A DNA stretch of 64,000 nt. Origin: Leptogorgia sarmentosa. Lineage: Eukaryota. The notes beneath the pieces were generated by a model, which worked only from the letters and a program-made list of their open reading frames with translations, did not search any database and was not told where the DNA came from. Positions 25,701 through 36,900 of the stretch are shown one piece after another; the first letter of the stretch is position 1, and each line of letters opens with the position of its first letter. The position numbers and the translations under genes are program-made. The stretch is from positions 8,060,001 to 8,124,000 of the forward strand of contig OZ210884.1 in assembly GCA_964658305.1 (NCBI GenBank), given 5' to 3'.

Positions 25701-26472
25701 GTTCGAAAGTCGGATAACTTTATCCACTGGATAGTTATCTACTCAACCTTTGTTAAAATGTTCAAAAAAATATAAAATTGCAGATATGGGTCTGGAAATT
25801 AATAAAGCAAACGTCCAACTTTAAAATGCCAAAGTTTAATGTAAATCAGATCGAACAACGACTTGTTTTAGGAAGGTTGAAAAAAGTGTGTACTACAAAC
25901 AATTTCATTTTTTCTTCAGTCAAATTTTGCTTCACCAGTTCTATCAACCTAAATTTTGTTGGCGCTTGTCAGTATACTCCATGGATATATTTATCAAACA
26001 TATTTTATCAAACACATTTTATCAAACACAAACCGTTTCGCTTGTTCAAAATCTGATTATACCAGCTTTTGAACCAGGCTGCTTGTCAAGGAAAAATTGC
26101 TCGTCTGTGCGGTGCTTTTAAATTGTTGTGCAAACGTTTTCATCTTGTGCTGTCTAGGAACCTCGCCATGCAATGAAAGGAAGTATGACCGAAAGTATTA
26201 CAAAAAGAATGAACAGTTTTGCTTATAAAGAAGAACTATACGCAGATCTTCCGTCCGCTGCTGATCACGAGCACGACTTCGCGTTACATCCGGTACAGAG
26301 CGGAAGTCGAGTGACTGCTGCACCGGATGTTGAGGGACCTGAATATACAAATGTGGATAGAACTGTACATGAAATCACTTTTGCCCCGTCTATACCTCAA
26401 GAGGCACCGAAAAAGAAGTACGCAAAGGAGGCATGGCCTGGCAAAAAGCACGGCTCTTCACTTTTAATGTGA
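22783..26472 (+). CDS. PPP1R8: Nuclear inhibitor of protein phosphatase 1 (NIPP1); 7 coding exons, about 349 aa
   Basis: Exons 22783-22841, 22911-22971, 23604-23757, 24281-24531, 24809-24953, 25611-25675, 26158-26472, all GT-AG, phase-compatible, 1050 nt. Contains PPKWAGKPSVGLHLDV, an FHA domain (YYLFGRN...DHTSCSRVHSAL...IDLKSTHGTFIG), DLTDFNTAHNKR, IINPEDVDPSVGKFRNMVQT and the C-terminus KKKYAKEAWPGKK, all characteristic of NIPP1. AATAAA at 26771. Confidence 0.96.
25044..25315. repeat. Long inverted repeat (arms about 125 bp, loop about 17 nt) in PPP1R8 intron 5
   Basis: ...AATACAGGACATCTTGAGAATTCAATATATAATTCAAAACAAGACGCAGTTTGAGAC...CTTCAGACAGAATGAA is followed by its near-perfect reverse complement. 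Diverged single-arm relatives occur at about 7380-7480 and 18055-18170. Confidence 0.85.
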
Positions 26473-27994
26473 AATGAGTACTACTGTACAACAACTTTGC
26501 GCTCATTGGAGTTTGGGCACGCCAGCCTGTACGACGAGTGTTTTATAAATGATGAAAGAGTATTTTCGCCGACCATAAGCTACTGCATCAACTACAGCAT
26601 TAGCCTCACGTATTGTGTACACGCTGGAGTGTTCTTGAAAGTCGGTCATCATACAATTGGTACTGCATGTCGTAAAACCAGACCTTTTTAATCATTCTTT
26701 ATGTGTATGGAGGACTTAACAATCTACGACAAAAGTCATGCAAGTACGCGTACAGTTCACTTCACATCAAAATAAAGGGTCTATACACAGTGTGTTTCAA
26801 AAAAAAGGCTACCTTTGAAGTGAAGCGCTATTGCCGTAGGAATTCGAATGCGTTACATGTAATTCCCTAATGAGCTCATTATAGCAGAACATTATTGCAT
26901 GCATTGCAAATAAATAACATGGAATCCCATGAATACAAACAGCGTCGTGTCTGAGGCACAAGACGTAAAGCACCAGTAAAGTTTGTTTGCATGAAATGTT
27001 TGATGTGAAGTCTCCAGTAATATAAGAAAGCAAATTTTCTTGTAATCAGGAGACTGCGTAGAAATGGCAAATTAAATTAGGACAAATTAAGGAATTAATT
27101 TGCAATGTATGCAAAAAAATGTGGTACAACGCTTCTTAGAAATACCTGTCCTTTTAGAAATATGCATTGTTGTGTTATATTTGAGATCGTAGAAAGGTCT
27201 AGATCAAGAACCGGAAAGTCCATTTAATTTTGTATTATCATGTCATGAAGCCTACTAGCAATGAAGTCGCCCACTGGCTATGTATACCTGTAGTTTTTAA
27301 AACAGTGACACCTTGTACATACTTAAGAAAATAAAACAATAGAAAGTAATTTCTGTGTGAAAAATAAAACAATAGAAATCAATTTCATATCGTTGTTATA
27401 GGCCCACTCGTCCAAACTCGCCTCAAGCTAAGGCAAGAAGAAGCGAGTTTCGGCAGGTAAAGGCGAGTGACTGTTGCTGGTTAACGGTAACCCTGTTGGA
27501 AGTAAACGGCGGTAAAAGCGCCAGCTAGGCAGTTCAATCTTAACAAATTTTCTTCCCGAATTTAAATCTGCTGCAATAACAAATTTACAGATTTATTTAC
27601 AATATGAGATGATAGGTTGCTATTGATTATATTCAATGTCCTTTGCGAACAGCTGCATGGAAAACAGTCTTTTGCGCCGGGCCACAAAATTTCATTGAAA
27701 AAATGTCAATCTTAGACAGAATTTATATGATGTGTTAAATGTTTTTTAAATGTCATCACAGCAGATTATATTCGTAAATATAACTGTTTTTGAGATCTCC
27801 ATTCAACTGAGATTGACATCTTTTTTCATATTGTGAATTGTCATTCATAGCCTCGCAATTTAATATGAAATATAGGAAATGATTTATGATTTAATATAAT
27901 GAAAAATATGATATCTGACCTGACAACAAATCTGCTGCAGTTTACACGGCATGAGATTGGATCAACAACCAAATCATTATACAGTTTAAAGGAC

Positions 27995-28944
27995 ATGAAT
28001 GAAAAAAACATGAACGCTACGAACACAACCGAGTTACAAATTCTTCTTTCTCCGACATTTTTGGTGGTTTTGATCGTATTTAAATGCTCTTGTTTCGTTT
28101 GTGGTGTGCTGGGAAACCTTAGCGTGATAATCTATAATCTTTTCATGAATAACAACAAAACACCAACGAGTTATCTTATTACTAACTTGGCTTTTGCAGA
28201 TCTGTTAACATGCTTGTCTGTTTATCCGATATGGGTTGCAGAATTCGCTATGATATTGTCCAGAAAACACAGCAATCAGATCTTCTTTTGTAAATTTACT
28301 ACTACGACTTGGTTCGTTTTTGTTTTTGCATCTACTTTAACATTGTTGTCAATTGCATTGGATCGCTATATTTTCATATCGCGCCCGCTCAAATATCCGT
28401 TGATAATGACATGGAAAAAAACCTGTGGAATTCTTGTTGGTATTTGGACATCAGCATTGTTATATATTCTCCACTACTTGCAGCATTCACTGACAGGACT
28501 ATAACTGATCTGCGGTCTGTTTGCTGGCTCCCACATATTGTTGGCTTCGTTGCATTTGTAATTTACGTCTTTATACCACTTATTTTTATTTTCTACTTTA
28601 ACTATGAAATTTTCAAACTCGCAAGGGTCCATCTTCGAAGAATCCGAGTTGAAAATAATCATTCTACGACATCAGCATCATGGGAACAAAACAGTAACGC
28701 TTTTAGGATGAAACGTGAGATGAAAACAATAAAAACATTTGCCATTGTCGTTGGTGCATTCGTAATTTGTTTGTTCCCTTTCTCGATGGCTGCAAATTTC
28801 GTTCCCTTCAGTATTCAGATTTTACTTGGCGATCTTTCGTTAATGAACTCTATTTTAAATCCAATAATTTACGGCATGAGACATAATGAATATAAGAACT
28901 GCTATCGCCAACTGGCAGGTGTCGTTTGCAACCGACTGGGTTGA
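27995..28944 (+). pseudogene. Class A GPCR paralog 1 with one frameshift (pseudogene or sequencing error)
   Basis: GNLSV, NLAFADL, LDRY, PLKYP, CLFPF and NSILNPIIY motifs are split over ORFs 27899-28504 and 28309-28944. An extra 2 nt in TTATATATTCT (about 28462-28467) relative to paralog 2 explains the shift. Confidence 0.8.
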
Positions 28945-29296
28945 ATTGCACTTGCAAGGAATCGAAGGATTTCCTGGAGATCATGGAGGAATTATGCAAT
29001 TGAAGGGAATCAAATAGCTTGTTTGCAATCACGTGACTTTTCGTCCAAATGACTGGCAATTGAATAACTTTTATACGATTTTTCTCAGTATCTGAGCGCC
29101 TGTAGGGAGATGTAACACAGTAACACATCTATCGAGATTAAAATGTCTCTGACTTTCGAAATGTCTCAAAAGGATCGATTTTCGTCATACTTGCCCGTCA
29201 ACTGAAATTCCAAATTTACGCCTTTGTAAACAACCAATACAGCCAAAGCGACCACAACAAGACCTGTGATGAATTAAGTTTTTTTTCATGTTGCCA

Positions 29297-29464
29297 CAGT
29301 GGCCGCAGAAGATTGATAATCAGGGGGGGAGGGCGGCACACATATCACTATGCATTCGTGTTCACAGACCTTGAATACAATTGATTTCAAAAGAAAGTAG
29401 TAAAGCAGAACATGGATATATGAACATGAACATGTGACCCCCCCCCCAATTATCGATCTTCGCG
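29297..29464. mobile_element. hAT-like MITE remnant between the two GPCR copies
   Basis: CAGTGGCCGCAGAAGATTGATAATCAGGGGGGG ... CCCCCCCCAATTATCGATCTTCGCG imperfect inverted ends. Related end fragments (CAGAACACGAATATATGAATATACACCTCCAATTAATACTCTAG..ACGCCCCTG) occur at about 50065-50123 and 53472-53533. Confidence 0.5.
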
Positions 29465-29735
29465 TAATTATTAATCCTATAAATTATATTGTGACATTAG
29501 ATCTCGCCTACGCGGGCTATAGCCGGCGGGTACCCGCGCGCGGGTTGACGCGCGTCCATATAATCGCCAAGTCAGAATAGACGATAAGAACAAGAAGAAT
29601 AGACGATTCCCCATATATTAGTATTTCAGGGCGCGTTGCATTGTGGTTTTAGTGACAGCTGCACGTAGGTGTTATTGCACACAATTGACGCAGTCCCCCC
29701 ATTACACTAGAACTGTTCATAATAAAAGATAAGAG

Positions 29736-30690
29736 ATGATAAATGCGACGAACACAACCGAGTCAGAAATTCCGTTCTCTCCGACATTTATGGCGGTTTT
29801 AATCGTATTTAAATGCCTTTGTTTCGTTTGTGGTGTGCTGGGAAACCTTAGCGTGATAATATATAATCTTTTCATGAATAACAACAAAACACCAACGAGT
29901 TATCTTATTACTAACTTGGCTTTTGCAGATCTGTTGACATGCTTGTCTGTTTATCCGATATGGATCACAGAGTTTATTATGATGTTGTCCAGAAAACACA
30001 GCAATCAATATCAGGGTTTTTTTTCTGTAAATTTACTAACTCAGTAAATCTTGTATTAGTTTCTATATCTAGTTTAACATTGTTGTCAATTGCATTCGAT
30101 CGTTATATCTTCATTTCGTGTCCGCTCAGATATCCATTGATAATGACATGGAAAAAAACCTGCAGAATTCTTCTTAGTATTTGGATATGTGCAGTGTTAT
30201 ATTGTCCGGTGCTTGCAGTTTTCACTGAATCAACTAATGTACGAACTGTCTGCTCCCTTTCGCCTATTGTCAGCTTAATTGAAGTTGTAATTTACATCCT
30301 TACACCATTTGTTTTTATTTTCTACTTAAACCATAAAATTTTCAAAGTCGCAAGGGTCCATCTTCGAAGAATCCGATCAGAAAACAATCGTTTTATGCCG
30401 TCAGTATCAGGAGAGGAAAACAGTAACGGTTTTCGGGTCAAACGTGAGTTGAAAACATTAAAAACCGTGTAGTTGGTGCTTTTGTAATTTGCTTCTTTCC
30501 TTTCTCGATGGCTGCATTACTACAAAGTCTAGTTGGTAACTTCATGTCACAGAGTGTTTGGATTTTACTTGGTGATCTTGCGTTAATGAACTCTATTTTA
30601 AATCCAATCATTTACGGCATGAGGCATAATGAATACAAGAACTGCTATCGCCAACTGGCAGGTGTGTTTTGCAACCGACTTCAGAGATGA
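29736..30690 (+). pseudogene. Class A GPCR paralog 2 with two frameshifts
   Basis: Tandem duplicate of 27995-28944. One shift lies in a T8 run (30017-30024). The other is a net 7-nt loss at about 30467 (AAAACCGTGTAGTTGGT versus AAAACATTTGCCATTGTCGTTGGT), giving a premature TAG at the start of TM6. Confidence 0.82.
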
Positions 30691-33600
30691 ATTCTACACT
30701 TATCAACAAGCTTAAGGATTTCCTTGTGACCATGGAAAGTTGTCATTCAAGCTAGAAGACAAACTCATTCAAGAGAGATGTGTTCAAGAAAGAATTAATT
30801 TGAAATTAGAAATATAAATTTGTTTTAATTAGTAGGACGACTTATACAGACTGTAATTCGTAGTTCCAGACCAAAATTTTTTAAATAATTATATATTAAT
30901 ACCTATACCAGTTGTAAATATGAATTAAATGCGATATATATGATAGTTGTATGTTGTAAGTTTTACATAATTTCTTTTCATGCATGCTCACTGAATTACC
31001 TGTTGTTTAATAAATTGAATCTGAAATACAGAAAACGTACCTAAGAGTGCTATAGTGTAAAGATTTTCTGATATTGAATATCAAACAAATTGAAGATCAC
31101 CTTTATCAAACGAATATTCCTATGCAGGCCATTTCTTGGCGCTATAACTCTTGGTTTAAACAAAAAATATTCAACCTGTGACGCTATATTCCCTGGTCTA
31201 CTTAATATGTAAATTGTAAATTATATACAGCCGTTCAGAATGTCTAGTTTTCGATCTGAAAGTTTGCTCTGTATCAATATCACTTTGACCGGCTGTCACT
31301 AATGTCTACGAGTTTGCAAATAATATGTGCAGTCCTCAATTGTCTTATTTGTCTATTCCCTCAGTTCTATATCCTGTATCTCGTGAAAAATTTGAAATAC
31401 AGCTTGTTAGGGACCGTTCATTATTTATTCCTGTGGTTGGTACCTAAGATATATGGGTTGGGTAATCAATTTTTTGACTAGCTCAAGGGCTGGGTTACTT
31501 AATTGGGTAAAAAGAATAGTAAGTCCATAGTAGATATTATGCCAAAACACTCATTTTCTCCCATAACTAGCAGAGCAAAACAATGTTAACAAATGTGGAA
31601 ATTTTTATTGCTCATATTCAACCCCAAACGCCGGAACTAAACCTCAGTTTAATACCACGGATTAAAGGGTCCAAAGAATAATATCTAACTAACCCTGATA
31701 TCGTATTTCACAGATTTTGCTGTTTTTATAGACTTCATGAAATAGCGTCATACTTGATGACTAAAAGTTAGTCAAAACGTTGTAATCAAAATGATTTCGT
31801 TTTGAGGAGTATCCATTATTTTGTATTTTTAGCTTCTGCTCTCAAGCTAATTGCTATTCATATAACATTGAATATCCTCCGATATCCTCCGTTAGCCAGA
31901 TGGTCTCGTGTTCATGTTTCAGTCAATCAGCGCTCAGAAAAGGTTGTCCGAATAGAAATCCATTTTGCTATATTCACGCGATTATATCTTTCGTTATTCT
32001 GTGTGAAACTTGTTGAAATTTTGTAATTTTGTTTCGTTACGAGAACTGTAGTCTGTAGCTCTGACAAAAATATGCAGTCGATTTAAAGTTTATTATGGGA
32101 GATATTCAGTTGTTTCAATCGAAATGGATTTATCACTGACAGCCAATCCCAATCCTTTTCCGTGTATTGAGATCACCTGGACGCCATTTCCTTCATTACA
32201 GTGAGCAATATATCGCTGTGAATCTCAATATTTATACCATTTATGTAGTGGCAAGATATGAACCTAAATAAAAAGCATTATTCAAGAGGATTAATTCCTG
32301 TTTTTACTGGACAAATATTTCTTTGTTCAAACGGAAGATGTCATCAAACAATAAGTATACACAATAATTATCTCTGTCTGCAAATATCAATCACATTATC
32401 TTGGAAATCTAATAAGTAATATTGTAAAACGTCACCTTTTTCCAACTCATACATCGTCGTCGGTACCCACCTTACTACGCAAGTAATGTAAGCTGATGTG
32501 AATATATTGTTCAGAAGAAATTTACATGTAGCCAGATAAATCCTATGTATAGGTATTTAATTATCCAATTTCAAAAATATGTAATGCTACACTGAACACT
32601 TTCAAGTTCAACACGCTATCTTATTTGCAGTTAAATAAGAGCCAATGACACCATTTTCAGCCAAAGTTTTTAAAATCGTTGTTAATCGTTGATTCTTTCT
32701 TCGCCATTGCTGGATTTTTAAAGAATTGAGGTTAGAGTAAAGTTTTTTATATACTTATAATTATCCATGCCTGTTTAAGGGAATTAAACCGAACTTAAGA
32801 ACACAAAACAAACCTAGTTTGAATAAAAATTTGTAAAAACGGGTAATATAGTCCTTAAATAGTACATTTACAATTATATAAATATGAACTCGTGCTGAGA
32901 CATTTGAAGAATCGAACTATTTCAACTCATTGCGGCAATGTTGATAGTATACTTCACCAGAATTGTGTAGTTATTATCACGATATTACATTTTTAACATG
33001 ATTTGATTTGCACCTTAAACACGAACGATTTCTGATATACGCTTCAAACCATATTGATTTTACCAATTGTTATTGAACCTTACTCGGGAATAGGTTTTCA
33101 CCAAATAAAATTATGCGGAAACGAAGATGAACCTTGCATGCCAAATGTGTTGTGGCTATACGGATGAGAAAGGGACGTAAATAAATTTCTCTTTATCATG
33201 GGAATTTTCATGATTCTTTCATCATTGTGTTGTATGCTATCTAGCCTGTATTCGCATGTAGAAATTCAAAATTCCTAGACGTCTTCTATACAGTAAGTGC
33301 AGCATGATTATTATTTGAGTGAGAGACACCGTCATCGGAATTCGGAACGAAATAAATGTTCAAGTTCAAATGTTCATGTGCAATTTTAAATCATTCGCTC
33401 ACTCTCGTGCAGCATAATTGTGGACACATTTCAAGTTGACCCTCACTCAATTTAATTTAAAAAAACGGTTAGGGAAACTCGAGCGGCGAAGCTGTTTTAA
33501 AATAAGGGTTTAATTAATTTCAATTCCTGACTATATGTATATACTGCTTCATAGCATAGTCCTTTCAGTCCAAACCTGTGAATGGTCGGACTTAAACTTA

Positions 33601-33922
33601 TATATTTTCATCAATTCATAAACTTTGGTTCCAACATTGCTATCGTTTAACCTGCAGGAACTGATCTTCGTTCAGGAATGCATCATAACGATATGCAAAA
33701 CTCGCGCTAATTGACATTCCAGTTTTTGAACTTTTAAGAATCTGATTTTTTACATAGACTATGTAATATATTAATTTATCTCAAACGTTTTGAAGTGTCC
33801 TTAACGGTACTTAGCTACTCTTCAGGTAGCTAAAATTGGTGTTAAAAAGAGTATCGTTTTTGAAATGAACTCCATGTCTTTCTTTTCTCATGCATGCGGG
33901 GAATTAATTTGTTGTTATCTAG

Positions 33923-36900
33923 ATGTCGTTGTGGAAGCCTAGAAGATTGTTTGTTCTGGTGTTTATCAGTTTGGTATTTGTGAAAGCACAAGGACAGCGT
34001 AAGAATAATCCACAATTCTTCGGACAAATCCTATTTATAATTCTAATATGACCGAACTTACTTCAGGAATTGTTTGGAGCAGTTTGCTACAAGAGACTGT
34101 GTTTGCAGTTTGTAGTGTAGATCCCCCCCCCCCCCCATTAAGAGCTGGACCAGCTGGTGTATTTTGTTTGCAAACTGTGCGATTAGTTCGCAAGCTGTGG
34201 TTGTACTACGTCTAAGACCTCTAGAGTCTATTCCTCTAGAGTGTTGAGGCTTTGGTTAACACTCTGAAATGGCCGTTTCCGGCGATCTTGAGGCTCTAAA
34301 TTCTCAAAATTTTGAATGACTCGCCCCCCCCCCCAATTTTCAAACCGTTCCTACGCCCCTGAGTGTTCTCTCACTCTGGAGAATTAGTTCTTGACCAAGA
34401 AGTAGCCTATATATAGGAGAGAAAGTAATTACGACTGCTGCAAACATAGATTTGAAAAATGAAAAATGCGACAAATGAAAAGTCATTGAAGAATACTTTT
34501 TAGAAATTATTTGCCTAATTCTACACAGGATAATCATAAGTCTCTTACTGGTCAGTCACTAACTATAATTATTGATTATAGTGAGCATTACTTCATCCCT
34601 GATATCCATGCAAACACGTCACATGATTGATTCAAATGAATTTTTCTACTCCCAGATCACGTTATTGATGATATGTTAATTCCTGTTGTTTTTAGAGCAT
34701 AACGTGATTCGATTTGATAGCAACTTCTATTATGCTCCTGAAGGTAGAAGTGCCAAAGTCTGCTTGGTCATCGCTAATTTCGTAAAACGTATCACTGGAA
34801 CGTAAGAAAATTTCATTGCAAAATTTTTTATGATTGTCCAAATTTATGTCAACGTAACATGTTATGTTATGCAGCCTTTTCTCGAAGCATAATTTGACTG
34901 TTTTGAATGTAATGTAGGTAGGATTTAGTTAGCTATGTTAGTCCACTTATAACCCTGAAGTTTGATTTCCTCCCAACCATTTGAAAGTTTTCCACGCAAA
35001 ATTATCTTTGGCAAGTTATAATAGTTTGTCATGTATTGTACAATGTCAGATTGATTCGGGTTGAAAGTCGTCAATGATGAATTTCCTCAACCCTAATATT
35101 TTCTAATCTATTCAATTCTATTTTATTCGTCTCAAGAGGATCACAACGCACACAGCGAAGAAAACAGGGTTCACAAATGTCGTGCTTTTAGCTAGGATTA
35201 CTCTTCATCACACCTGAGAGTCTTGTAAAAACAACTTCCAAAAACCTTAATAGTAAAAAAAAAACTACTGGTTATAGAGAAGTATACTGTATTAAGTCAT
35301 TGCAAGGCCATGGACGGGTCTAGGATATTAAAAAGAGGGGACTGATGGCAAACCTGGGATTTATTGTTGCAATTTCTATCGGTCCCAGAGCAGTTTTTAA
35401 TAAAAACATACATTACACACAACAATACACACATTTTTAAGCAAACGAAAGCTTTAACTTTATTTAACTTATAGAACCAAATCAACATTATAGGCCCATG
35501 GTCTGTAGCAAACTTAGTCGAGTCAAATGGGGGTGGGCAGCTACCTAGTTCAAACGAAATCCGCCCTTTGTAACGCATTTATTTTATAAAAAAGCTTTTA
35601 CCGGTATAATTTCAAAGCATTCTTCATTGTGATATTTTAAGGATAACCAGCAAAGATCACAACGCAAAGGGTGGAGTTGATTACGACAACACGGATATAC
35701 CAGTTGATATAACAACAAAACCTTCAGCACCTGTGTGTTACTCTATAAATTTACCAGATGATAGCACCTCTGAAGGAATCGAATCCTTTGCTGTCATTTT
35801 CACTTCAAATAACTCTTCGGATATAATAACTCGAAATAAAGCAACGGTCACTATTACTGATGATGATGGTAAATACAATTATTATAGATATTATGTGCAA
35901 ACGCCTTGAGCAGTATATGACTAGTACCATTTGTTTCAGTTGCGGAAATTTTGGTGGGGGGGTGGGGGGGAGGGAGGGGGAATTGCCCACCTCTCGTCAA
36001 ATTTCCAATTTGGCACAATATAAAAAGAGAATAGTAGTTCTGTAGAATAATACAATAAAAAGCTTCAATGTAAATGAGAAGTAGCAAAACGATCCTCGCA
36101 AGTCAATCCTTGCAGAAACATGTGATGTTCTTGGAAAGTCGTGAAGTCTCCCCCCCCCCCCCCCTATACACCAAAAAATGGTGAAAGGGGTAACTTAAGG
36201 ATGGAAAAATGCCTTGAGGCAAAATGAAAAGATAGATGCTTAAAAAACGGTTCCTTAAAACAGTCTTCTATTGTCATGATTCAGATCATCCAGCAGTTAA
36301 AAATGTGGTAACTTTTTCGAATTGGTGAAAAGGAGAAGTACTCTCCCACAACCAATACAATATACCCGTGCTTATTACTTAATATATCAGCCTTACTCCT
36401 TTTTGTTCTACGAAAAAACTCTTTTTTTAGATGTAAATGAATGTGCCCTGGGTACTCATAACTGTCGAGGTTTTGACGCATGTGTAAACACAGACGGTTC
36501 ATTTCGATGTATTGATGATGATGATGCCGGATTTTTTGATAATGGTTTAACCTGTGAAGGTATTTAGATCATGATTTAAGAAGTACTTAACGTCTTTAGC
36601 ATACCACTCGCAAAAAGCAAGAAATATTATTACAATAGAAATTTTATTATAGTATTAGTGATTTCTCTTGTAGTCTTGGGAAAAATATCTGAGTGTGCCC
36701 GGAATAGCATTTCGGAATTGAACACATGTGGAATTTTAATTTACCAATCAGCGCGTAATAATTTTATAGATTTCGACGAATGTGCAGAGGGAACACACAA
36801 TTGTCCTGATAATGCTACGTGCAATAATACAGTTGGTTCCTTCAAATGCGACTGTAATCCTGGTTTTAATTATTCAGATAGCACAAATATGTGTGAAGGT

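Noticed and set aside
26173..26472. Stand-alone 99-aa gene
   Set aside because: It is the last exon of PPP1R8 (acceptor at 26156-26157).
33198..33278. Hydrophobic mini-ORF as an alternative signal-peptide exon
   Set aside because: Ends in a stop before the donor-like site, and the duplicate near 42440 lacks the first ATG and has stops; at most a 5' UTR exon.
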